Under the pieces are notes generated by a model that was not told where the DNA came from, searched no databases, and saw only the letters and a program-made list of their open reading frames with translations. DNA of 62,753 bases, filler included, from Choristocarpus tenellus KU-1152 (taxonomy: Eukaryota; Protista; Phaeophyceae), in the NCBI GenBank assembly GCA_964200185.2. It is 10 parts of 10 records of this genome, joined end to end, with 100 filler letters (N's around TTAATTAATTAA, not from the genome) between each part and the next. Parts side by side here need not be neighbours in the genome. Positions count along the whole stretch, not along the records: positions 47,814 to 59,253 come from CAXNAD020002316.1; positions 59,354 to 62,753 come from CAXNAD020020291.1; 8 more parts are not named here. One strand, written 5' to 3'. The position numbers and the translations under genes were made by a program. Positions 51,801-62,753 of this stretch are shown here, piece by piece (position 1 is the stretch's first letter; the number at the start of each line of letters is the position of its first letter).

Positions 51801-54800
51801 GACCCCCAAAGCAGCTGTAGTTTTCAAGATGTTGAGATACCACTACACCAGTGAGGCAGTAACCCCGGGCATTGCAGCACATTGTTCCCACTGATTGATT
51901 TAGAACGGCCTTGTTATATGCCAAAGTTAGCACATGGAGCACCGCAGCACATTTATTTCATGGTAGTTGTTTCTTTCCTGTGTGCGGGAGGAGGTGTAAG
52001 GTAAAGGATTTCATGGTAGTTGTGTATAGGTAGCCGTCTTCTTCACTTCCTCCCCGAAACAGTGGCATACCTCTGCGTTGTCTGTACCTCCCTTTTTGGG
52101 GTAGGAAGCTAGTTCCATCCGTTCCCTGTTTGGAGGTAAGGGGGGGTGAAAAACCATGTGCTCACACAGGAGACAATAAGGAATATAAATCCTGGCAGGG
52201 TTGCTGAGGAAGAGCAGGGCTGGTGAGAAGCAATGGTGTATTCTACCGATCCGTTTTTGGTGTTTATTGCCTAGGTTTCCCTGCTTTTATTATTTTTATT
52301 GTGGTGCAGGTAAGAGTGTAATGGGGCGAGAAGGTAGAACCTGGAGCAACTTGTATGTAATGTATGTATGAAGTTCTCAATACACCTTTATAGTAAAATG
52401 GACTAAGGATTGCACATGGACTTGAAGCACTGTACCCCAGTATGGTTGTTTGAGCCAGAGTAAAAAAATTTCATCAAGAGGTGAACTGAATCGATGGATT
52501 GAGTTAGTTGGCACTACCAATTTCAAGAGGGTGGCGTTTCCAGTCCGTTCTTGGTCTATTGGATGAACCTTGAGGAAAAAACAATGCACTTGAAAATGTT
52601 GCAATGACACCTTGAGGCAGAAGAGCAATGGAGGTGGGCGACGTTTCATGGTACGCTCTGATATATTCCTCCTGATATGATGACACTTATGCCGAACAAT
52701 ATGTGGTTTTGGTCCACACAACTGGTTTTTATTTTTTTATTATCGTGTTTGGGTTAGGGTTAGGGTTAGGGTCTGAGATGTTTGCTAATTTCGATTGTAC
52801 AGTAGCAATCAACCAGTCTCTTTTACTTCTTGGGGACTCTTGGGTCCCCTTCTTCCCCCCTCCCTTCCCTCTCTCTGCCATGTACGTTCTTTTTTGGCAT
52901 CGCCCTCTCTTGCCCGGCACTATTCCCTAACTCTACTGCACTCAAATGTCTCTCAGGGAGCGTGGGATGCTGACAGCGCTGGTGGTGCAGTGGGTCTTCC
53001 GAGATTTTTTAAGAATCCCCAGTATGCGTTGGTGCTTAACCAGGCTACCAAAAGGGTACACCTTCAACTGGAAGCGCCAAGAGATGTGAGTGATGCTTCC
53101 ATTTTCCATGCCACCTAATGTTTTTGAGGAAGATTGCATCGTGACGATGACATTGAGCACAAACGTGTGTGTGTGTGTGTGTGAGTATGGTGCTTGTTAT
53201 TTTTTTACTTTGTTTATGCCTGATAGAGGTGATAAGAAGCATTTTTTGATAGTCAGCATTGGTACTGGAGTTGTTCAGGGGAATTGAATGCTATTAAGAT
53301 GATGTGCAATATTCGTTTCATTTCAAGTGTATTCAAGAGTATTCAAGAGGTGAAGCAACCCCAGGAACTGATGGAGGTATAGTGGACATGAGACATACAG
53401 TTTTAGTGCAGGTAATTAAGCAAAAGGGCCTACATGTTAGTGCTGCAAGTTAAAACTATGTAGTACTTCAAAGTACTTCTGTATTATTTAATACTTCAGT
53501 TAGAATCATTTAGTACAAGACAAGGACCACAACACAACACAACACAAGCCATCTTGTGGTAGAATAGGAGCTAGATTGTGACAGTATGGAAGTGCATAAA
53601 GATGCTACCTGCTAAGAATAGATCCCAGAAAAGGCTGCTAGCCATAGTATTGCGTTGCTATTGTCTGTATCTGAGTCGCCTCCAAACATAGAGCATGCAA
53701 AAAAAATCATTTTTCTATCGTGGTGGCCACTTTCTCAGTATTTCCCATTCGAGAAAGCTCCACACATTCTAGTAGCTCTAGCATGGCGATGGAAGCTGAT
53801 TGATTTACCCGAACCAAGTCTATATCCCCATATATTCAACCCCCTTTGCCTGCATATGTTGGTGCTTGTTCTGCATGATTTGATTTGCCTGGTTTGATGA
53901 AACTAGTACCCAGTGAATATCTCGGTTTTGGAGGAGGGAGGAAGGCGAGTTGATACAATTATTCAGGAGAAGGAGGTGCTGACCTCTGGTGCATATCGAC
54001 AAGGTTTCTGCTACATCGAAGGTTATCTCCAAGCTGGGAGGTATACGGTTGTAGTTAGCACCTTCAAGGCTCACCAGGTGAGGGGGCCATAAATTGTGCT
54101 GTTAATGGTCTCGGGTCCTGCTGAGCTATTTGTATTTGCTTTCACAGTATTGGGTTTTGGGCTCGTCCAGATGTGTTCTCTGCAGGTGTGATGGGTTGTA
54201 ATAGTTGAAGGGAAAAAACAGTCCCTGCCATACCTCACAAGTTTTTCGCTGACATTGTATATGTACTCTCCAGCGACTCTAAAGCAATGGCAAAGCCTTT
54301 TTATGACTAACTCTGACTTAGGAGTGAGATTTTGGTCAGGGTTGTTGTTGGAGGGAAGTGTTCCTGACAACTGCCATTTTTTTTTAGTGATTGTTAGCGC
54401 ATATTTCTGAGCTGATATTGGTGTCCTTTGTTGCTTCACATCCTTCACTTCATTGTTACTTGTAGGGTGTGTGTGCTTGTTGTGCATGTCTACGTCTCTG
54501 GGTTTGTTCCAAGGAGGTGGACTTTCGTCAACGTGTCAGTTTGCCATTTTGATGTTATTGTTTTTCCCACCCATCTTCCCATTGCGCTTCCTCTGTATTC
54601 TCGATTATTTTGTTTTCTTACTAACATTTTATTATTTTGTTTCTTTTCTATCAGCTTGGCGGGTTTGTGCTCAAGGTGTCTACAAGCAATCCTGTGCAAC
54701 AGTTTTCACCAATACCTCCTGAAGGGGATGGCATGACTAAGCAGGTACGAGATTTGTGATGTGAGGTAATACTATAGGGATGGCACAGAAGGGTAACGTA

Positions 54801-56905
54801 ATGCAAGGTTGTAGTACCCCTGAAATGGTATGTGTTGAAGTCATTCTCAGCACTCTTCATAAGGTTAGTTGTGTATGTTGTTAATCCACTGATCAGGACA
54901 AAGTGAGCTGCACTTGTCCATGAGGGCAACTTTACGTAAAATGTGGTGTCATCTTTCCGAGTCAAATATTCATCATTCAATTTGTCTCTTCTCAAGTAAT
55001 CAAGTCTCCACCTGGCGTTAAGTCTTAAGCTCTCTTCCACTCTGGATGCCACTCTGGATGCGCAGCTATGTTTCCCATTGTGTCACTCGATCTTTGTTGG
55101 GTCCGCTGATTGGTTATCTTGTTAGCTTCTGGAACAAGCCCAAGGGGAAACACAGAAATTGAGATGACTGATTGGTGAACCTAACAAAGATCGAGTGGTA
55201 CCATGGGAAACATAGCTGCCCAACCATAGTGAAAGAGAGCTTAAGAGTTAATGCCAGGTGGAGACTTGATTATTTGAGAAGATACGAACTGGATGGTGAA
55301 GTTGTATGAATTTGAGTTTTGCGGTATGGAGTTGGAACAGTGTAATAAGGATCTCATTGTATTGAGTGATTTGACTCAAAGATAGTGTGCATGCAAGGCT
55401 GATGTATGGGTTTCATTTTTATGAAAGGCAAAGGTGGAATCAGAGCATTGGGACTGAAAGTTCAATACTCGGCATGTTAAGAGTGGCATCATTACTTTAA
55501 CAGGATGGGTATGTTGCACTGCTTCATAGGGTGAGGGTCGTATTGTGTCACTTTCCCACATCCACAGAATTACAACCAGTGACTGTGTTTTTTGCATTTC
55601 TTGTTTCCCCTAAGTATAGTTATAATTTCCTATTGCATTGAAGTAGTGTAGTAAGAGGTTGTTGATTGATAAATGTATGAAGTGACATTCTATTCTCTCC
55701 TCTTTTGACCAATAGTATCCTAGATGGGGGAGGTGTTTAGTCAAACTGAATCATGAGACTTTTTTGTCAAGCTGACTCCGTTCCCGGTACAATGCAGGTG
55801 ATACAGGGAGACTGGAGGGAGGAGGATGGGTCAGCAGCTGGATGTAGCAACTACTCGAGATATCTGGCCAACCCAAGGCAAGCAGTTTTTGTGTATGAAT
55901 AGCGCAGTGAAATGCCCTAGACCCAGCAATGTGATAGATAAGATACAGGCATGTATCATTTGTCACAAATGAAATGGAAGGCAAGGTTTTTGCAATGTTT
56001 GCGCGTTGAGGTTTCTACTCTAGGATGTGCAGATTATGCAGGATATTCCTATGTGTCCTGGAAATGGTTTGTGGGTAAATTTTACCTATTGCGTGTTTTT
56101 CATCAGTGTATAACCTCAGATATTTTTCACTCAAATGACACTCACTACTATTGTAATAGGAGTCATGCAGGGCAGTATCGATGCATCCTTTTCAATTTTT
56201 CCAGTACAGACATGCTTTGCAGAGGGATCAATGCACGCACTTTGTGTGTGTGCTGTCTCTGCTTCCAGATGGTCTGACAGAGGAAATGGGCCTGTTGATC
56301 TGGCTTCACAATATTGAATGATACGGGTCGTTATCATCTTCATCTTCTGTTGACATTTTGAATCCCACTTTTTTACACATCACCTCAGCCTGCTTGTATT
56401 CTTGCTTCGCTTTGGTGATGCAACGGAAACCAACACAAGGAAATATTTCTTCATATACACTACCTAACCCATATCATCTCCTCATCACTTCAACAGGTAT
56501 GTCCTTACTTTTTCCAGACGTACGTCGATCCTGCTGCGACTAGCATTGCCAGACAATGCTGGCCCCTTCCAAGGTGACAGGCCAGCCCTCAACGTTTCTC
56601 TCTTTGCGGCAAGCACTGCACCCAGCCAAGGAGGGTGGGGGCTAGGAAGTAGCGCCAGTGGGGGACTCGGCAGGGTAGGTGTAAAAGACCTTGACCCTCG
56701 CTGCAAGCCAACATCAAGCCTGGCTCTGGCGACATCCAATGGAGGGGTATACACGGACTGCCTGTGTGGAGCAGCCACAGGACGTGTTGATTTGGATGCT
56801 GGCAGTTACGTGGTGGTAGTTTCTACATTTCACCCGCTTGCTGCTTCCTTCCTGTTAAGCATATATTGTGATCCTCCAGTAGATGAGCTTTACCAGCTGG
56901 AATAG
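48838..56905 (+). CDS. CAPN7: Calpain-7/PalB-like protease, C-terminal part; exons 48838-48990, 50364-50489, 50935-51016, 52957-53085, 53907-54077, 54655-54744, 55798-55877, 56497-56905
   Basis: All eight exons splice in frame: YLTMHVY..GKRVHYPD..GIYTNNPHTL, YTLVISQHEK, GAWDADSAGG..FFKNPQY, TSGAYRQGFC..YTVVVSTF, PIPPEGDGM, GDW..SAAGCSN..NPRY, GSYVVVVSTFHP. These are calpain domain III (C2-like) repeats of the PalB type. Confidence 0.88.
54969..55300 (+). ncRNA. Long intronic fold-back, candidate miRNA/siRNA precursor
   Basis: Arms about 54969-55120 and 55161-55300. By hand count 15 of 21 non-Watson-Crick positions are G-U pairs on the + (host sense) strand. Confidence 0.55.
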
Positions 56906-58596
56906 ACATGTACTAGCGGGAAGTAAAGGGTTCCAATAGTTGTCGCACACACTGAACTGGGGAAGAGATGAAGTGCAGATGGCACTAAGGAGTAAGGCAC
57001 TTTTATAGGCAAGTTGTTGATGTGATATAATGTTTTTCATCATGCCAAGCTGTGTGCAACTTGTAGGCCTTCATTTACTTAGTACTTTAGGACTAGAGCT
57101 CTGTGTGCTTTGTGCGGTTTGTCACAAAATAGGTGATGAAAATCACAAGAACCACAAATGTAGCACGTTTTGAAATGATATTTTTTAATCCCAAGACATA
57201 TTTTGGGCATGAAAGAAAAACAGGCTCGAGGGTTGTAGGGAAATGTGGTCAAACATGAGGCTTGTTGCGCATGGGAGTCAACCCTACCTGATACTGTTTC
57301 TTACTGTTTCTGAGAGTCCAACCCACCCATGCTTTCTGGGTATGTTCCTTGTGTAGTATTATTGTGGCTTGTTGTTTCTGCTGCACAGAGCAACTGGATG
57401 TGCTTAGACATGTGTTGCAAGCACGATCCCCACCTTGTCAAGAGCTAATGCTCAATTCCCTTTTTTGTTGTTGCGTGTCTCACAGCCGTTGTGGAAGGAT
57501 TGGTTGGGTCCTTCTCTGTGCTACCAATCGAGCTCAGGAATGGAGGGGTGCGGATTTTCTTGTCTCCTAGAAACCATTCTATAGGGAGGGCATATTGATA
57601 AAGAGCAGGTTTTCTTAGAACAAGACATCCCATCTGATCGCTCATCTACTGTAGTACATGAAGGTATCCAAGTTCAGGTCTATTTGCATAAGCCTGTCGT
57701 TCAATCCTTTGCACTTCACCATTGTTTCTATGAATGAAGTCCTATGTTTGGCCTGAGAGCGTTTACTCTGCTTTTTGAAAACATTATGACACAATTCACA
57801 AAATATCCTGTGCACATTTACTAAAAAATGCCGAATTTTACACATATTTGTCAGCACCCTTAAAATGCAAGTCTGGTACCTGTCGTTTGCTTTGCCTCTG
57901 GTGCATAATATACACTAGGACTGAGAATAGTCTCGTGGAGACCCATTGTCAATATTTTCTCTCCAGTGTGCCATCTTCTCACTGCGTCAGAGTACGAACT
58001 TCTATCGCTGAAAAGGCTTGTCTCTGACATTTTGCTGCAGGTGTGAGGTTGTATGTTTCATTGAGCACATAGTTTGCATATATTCTCCTTGCAGCCTCCC
58101 CTACCCCTCAAATTTTTTTGTCCTATTATCGCCATCGCTTTTGTTATTAATTGTTGTTCAGAAACTACCCCAACAACAGTGTTTACTCTCGTCACTGTGT
58201 GTGATAGAACTGTGAATAAGCGGGATCTTGTCCAACACCATGTAGTAGTACATCCTACCACTCTCATATTAATACTAGGCTGTGATGATGTGGTATATAT
58301 GGATGTTCAGAAACAAAAAGACATTTGTGCCAACCACGGTCTTCAACAGGCAACTTCAACCCAGATAATAATAGATACCTCGAAGTGCAGGCAGTAGAAG
58401 AGTGAACTTGAAATTATCTCAACGTTTGCAACAACTGAACTACGGAAGGTCACTGATGAATCACAAATTGCTGGTGATGAAGAATCTAGTAGTTCCAAAG
58501 TCCACAATTCATAGTAGTGGATATTCATGTTTCTTCTGAAGTATTAGAAGGAGTTGCTCTATGCTCTCGTTCTTGATGTTCTTTGCTGCTGTAAAA

Positions 58597-58866
58597 GACC
58601 CAAAATATCCTAGAGGAGGGGGGGTGCTAGCCCAAGTTGTCCATTCGGGCCTTGATGGAGTGTTCTAAACACCCTAGTTTGATACCTTTTTTGCAAGTTA
58701 ATTTCCTTCAGAATTCGTCCAGACAGGTGGATGGAAAAGGAAGGTGCATACGGATGAAGGAAACTGCCCATACCTCTGACATGTTCACTCGTATGACATG
58801 AAAATTACTACAGGATCACACAGGTCCCAAATGGACACCTGATACCCTTCTAGGATACTAGTGACC
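58597..58866. mobile_element. Diverged MITE of the same superfamily (third body type)
   Basis: GACCCAAAATATCCTAGA ... TCTAGGATACTAGTGACC; AAA on both flanks; shares GTCCATTCGGG / CCCAAATGGACACC subterminal motifs. Confidence 0.65.
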
Positions 58867-59377
58867 AAAAGGATTCCTAATCTGCAATCCCTGGTGTGCA
58901 TTGCAGTCCTCCTGAATAATGCCCCAAACCTCTTGGGAACTCTATGAGCCCTAACAAAATATTTATTTCAAGCAGGTGTACATAATCTTCGTACACTTCT
59001 CAGTACATAGATGCATATTATTTTAACTGAACCTTGATAAAGTGAGGAGGAAACATATGAAAATAAAATGACGGGTATGTAAGTCTGCGAGCATATCGTA
59101 TCCCTCCTATAAAGTACTCCTAGTAGATATAATGGGCGAGTAGTACTTGATTTACCTCTATAGAGAGTTCAGAGCAAGTACTCCAATTTTTGTATTATTT
59201 TGTCACTTTGTTGTGATAGCCTAGACCCAAAGGTATCTGGGGGGGGGGGGCGGNNNNNNNNNNNNNNNNNNNNNNNNNNNNNNNNNNNNNNNNNNNNTTA
59301 ATTAATTAANNNNNNNNNNNNNNNNNNNNNNNNNNNNNNNNNNNNNNNNNNNNCCCTCCCTACCCCCCTCCACCCAC

Positions 59378-61406
59378 CTACAAGTAGTTGCCCCACACAG
59401 GCACTTCGTCGGCGGCCTAAGTTCATGCTTCTGCCACTCATAGTCAAACGACAGTTCTTCCCCAGCTGGAATATCCTTGAGAGCAAAAATTGCGCAACGA
59501 AGCTTCCCACCCGCAGTCCACAGCTCTAGCCGGCATGTGGGTTCACAAGAATGATTCACAAATCTAGCCAGTCCCCCCTTCTTCTTAGCATCTAGGTACC
59601 TAGAGAGTGCAAGCAGAATAGTAAGGGGGGAAGGGGGGAAGGGGGGAAGGGGGGGGCGAGAGAGTAAAGCAGCACGTTCAGAAACTTCTTGAGAGTAAAG
59701 CAGTATGTTCAGAAACTTCTTGAGAGTAACGCAGTATGTTCAGAAACTTCTTGAGAGTAAAGCAGTACGTTCAGAAACTTCTCGAGAGTAAAGCAGTACG
59801 TTCAGAAACTTAATTGCCGCATCATCCAGCACACGCATTGTTGCTTCCTTCCCCCCCCCCGCCAAAGAAAATAACCAGAAAGTGCTGATAGAAAAAAAGG
59901 TTTAACTTACGTGTCATCTCCAAGTTGCATCATGTACAGCTTACGCAGACCAGCACATGAGATCATACGCTTGTCCAACTCCCGACGGGTGATGACCTGA
60001 GACTCACACCAGCACACAGAAAAAACAATAATGTCCCAAGTTGTCAACACTCAACGCTCCAGTCGTACACTTCACATTTTTAAAAGTCGAGACAGGTGTT
60101 TTCTCTCTAACGATATGCAGACGTACATCAATGCGCCCTGTCACATGTCTCGTTGAGAAATTTCCACCAGTGCACTTAATGGAGATATGGATAAAATAAG
60201 CACGCCTGAAAAATGTACCTAGTATGAAAAAAAAACATGCATATGTATATATATATATATTTGTATAATGTATGTAACATCACAGGAGGTGGGTAAATGT
60301 CAGGTACAAAATCTAGTTGGAAGGTATGGAAAGTAGATAGAGGGAGGGAGTGTGGGGACAGGGTTGGGGGCAGGGGGGAAGAAGAAACAACATTGACACA
60401 AAGAGACATCCCACTGAAATTGTAGTTCAGTTGCTACAGCAAGTCTCCTTTAACCTTGGGCGAGGGCAAACAGATACGTTTCACACAATCAATGAGCAAA
60501 CAAAAAATCACCAGCAAGAAAAGGGACATCAAAGGCTTCAAAAAGGATCTTTTTTTTTCCCTATAATCTGTAAGGTACAAAATAAAAATAATAACAAACA
60601 TGACACGTTCGTCGATCTCGATAAAATTTGTTCAAGGTATTCTCACACTACCTACACATAACACGGACATTTCTAACCCTAACCCTAACCCTAACCCTAA
60701 CCCTAACCCTAACCCCAACCCTAACCCTAACCCCAACCCTAACCCCAACCCCAACCCTAACTCTAACCCTAACCCCTTCCATTTCACCTGTACTAATACA
60801 AGAATATTGTCATACCACTTTCCTTCCCTCCCGCCCCAGAACCTACTCGAAGAGATCCGGGTAAAAAAAAAATGTCAACGACAGTTCAAGCTGTCGGAAG
60901 AATATTCAAAGACTTCGAGAACACCTCAAATATCAGTTGAATTAGGGTACAACAATCATCACAGGTACACAACCAGCCATCCAGCCAACCACTGACAGGA
61001 TCTTTGGGGGGGTCACCACAGCTACACTCTGCCTTCAAAGAGCAAACAATAAAAGCTCAATCAGCACCCTAACCCATTAAAAAGAGCAGTGACATACTCA
61101 TACTCCACACACAGCCCCACCACTACCACTGCGATCCCACTCCTTCCCACCCCCCCGGACATGCCTTTACATCTCCACACACACACCAGGGTCACACAGA
61201 GACAACCACATCCACTCTAAAGGCAACACCACCAATCATGAAAAAAAAAATGATAAAAACAAATGCTGTCAAGCATGGACGGCATCGGCCCTCACCTCTC
61301 CCACATACTCTCCAATGAATTGCCCCTTCATCACAGGCTCTGTCACCTTCAGACCCCAGCCCTTCCCATCCGTTTCGAACACCTCCACCTTGGCATCCTC
61401 GTGCCT
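59378..61406 (-). CDS. SET-domain histone lysine methyltransferase (SET2/ASH1/NSD H3K36 type); exons 61406-61296, 59996-59911, 59599-59378; partial
   Basis: KGWGLK...FIGEYVGE|VIT...LYMMQL...YLDAKKKGGLARFVNHSCEP...GEELSFDY...CLCGATTCR (SET plus post-SET CxCxxxxC). Confidence 0.92.
59660..59810. repeat. 31-bp minisatellite, about 5 copies, inside a SET-gene intron
   Basis: GAGAGTAAAGCAGTA(T/C)GTTCAGAAACTTCTT repeated. Confidence 0.92.
60673..60775. repeat. Interstitial telomeric repeat (CCCTAA)n with CCCCAA variants
   Basis: About 17 hexamers; shorter tracts at about 52750-52772 and 62417-62440. Confidence 0.92.
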
Positions 61407-62753
61407 CTGTCAAGAGTTGAATTGAACATTCATACAAAACAGAACGGCATAGAAATAACAAGACCATTCAAAGAGGGGAATAATGATAATAATTATAATA
61501 ATTATTATTATATTACTATGTAAAGTATAAATAGCAGTAGGTTGACATTTGTGTAAACTGTGAGAGGCATGAGGAAGTTTAAGGGAAAAAATCAACCAAG
61601 AAAAAGAGCATTTCAAAAAAAAGTATCGCCTATACCTCCATCAAACCAACCAATGGCATTGAATTATATCGCAATTCAAAACAACAAGAGAATTGAAGCA
61701 TACAGCCATGGCATCCTAATTCAAACACGCAGTATGGTAAGGGGGAGATCTTCTGCAGTGTAAAAGAAAGATGTATATTAAAAAGGAACGGTGGAACTGG
61801 AATCACAGATTCAACATCCATTCAAAACATTGTTAACATACGTATTTGTTCGCACATTGACAGTATTAGGAACGCAGGATTGTTTGCAGGACAAGAAGGT
61901 GATTTTCAAATCACCACCACATTTCTAGAACCATAGGTTCAAAATAATGCTAAAAGAGGAGCAAAGGAGAACTGCATCTCTTCACCATGGACACAATTCT
62001 CTCTCCTCTTAATACTCTTAACAAAAAAAATAATATTAATGAGAAGAGGCTTGACACACTGAGTGAAGGAGAGGTATCACAAAACAAACAGGGTACTGAA
62101 CGAGCCAGACCAATGCCACACATTATTATACAAACCCTCCCCAAGCTCCATCCACCCCCACCCCCCATCCACTTTCTCACCCTGCTTCTTCATGGGGCAA
62201 GGATCGACAGGGTTTGAGCCTTTATACATATAATGACAATCTGGATCTCAGTGAGTACCCATTATAGCTGCTAGCACTGGACATTTATTATCCACCCTCC
62301 CCTAGGGTTCAAGAAACATTGCACACAACTCTTCTCCTCCATACCTCCACACCCACTTTCACACAAAAGCTATTTCAAACCTCTATTTCAAGACAAACCA
62401 GTAACACTAACACCGACCCCAACCCTAACCCTAACCCTAACACAGAGAGGGTCTGTTTCGTGTGTTCCCCGCAGTTCAAAAATTCAAAACATGACATTTT
62501 TTTTTCTTACATATTTCATTTGGAGGTTCAATACAATTCCACCGTCCACTCGAATATTCTGTGCCCTAAGCAAACTGACCACTCTCCATGAAAAGCTACC
62601 AAAGCACGCCTCATATCATCCTATCGATTTCCTCAATAATAACAACAACAACAACAAAAAGACCCACTACCATCCTTGACACAAAAAATCTGGTCCCTTA
62701 TCCCCCCCCCCCACCCCCCCCCCCCCCCCACCACACACCCAACACACACCACC

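Noticed and set aside
59660-59810. 31-bp repeats as a CRISPR array
   Set aside because: Head-to-tail repeats without spacers, no cas genes, located in a eukaryotic intron.
60600-60995. NPNPNP / LTLTLT ORFs
   Set aside because: These are translations of the telomeric repeat.

Overview
Eukaryotic, intron-rich draft-assembly sequence, most likely a brown alga or close ochrophyte relative. That assignment is an inference from a phase-0 beta-propeller exon of the type expanded in Phaeophyceae, an SAF-type plastid-targeting leader, TTAGGG repeats and DIRS-like elements. Ten contigs are joined by nine artificial 100-nt linkers (N44-TTAATTAATTAA-N44), and most contigs break inside the same MITE superfamily, so adjacency across linkers is not trustworthy. 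Host genes reconstructed by hand from splice sites: a rhomboid-like membrane protein, a USP deubiquitinase, a plastid-targeted hypothetical protein, 3' exons of DRC8/EFCAB2, a coiled-coil protein, a LARP6-like protein, calpain-7/PalB and a SET2/ASH1-like methyltransferase. Mobile DNA: about 20 MITE copies or fragments sharing CAAAGTATCT-type termini with 3-bp TSDs, plus decayed DIRS-like, pogo-like and Copia-like fragments. The most interesting region is 33.5-38.6 kb. There a spliced, decayed ParB-like gene (DGNHR motif plus HTH) lies head-to-head with a Sola2-like transposase gene, separated by a degenerate tandem array carrying a 31-bp palindrome. This may be an undescribed eukaryotic transposon carrying a ParB/parS-like module. 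Second is a ~330-nt intronic fold-back in the calpain gene whose mismatches are mostly G-U wobbles on the sense strand, a candidate miRNA/siRNA precursor.
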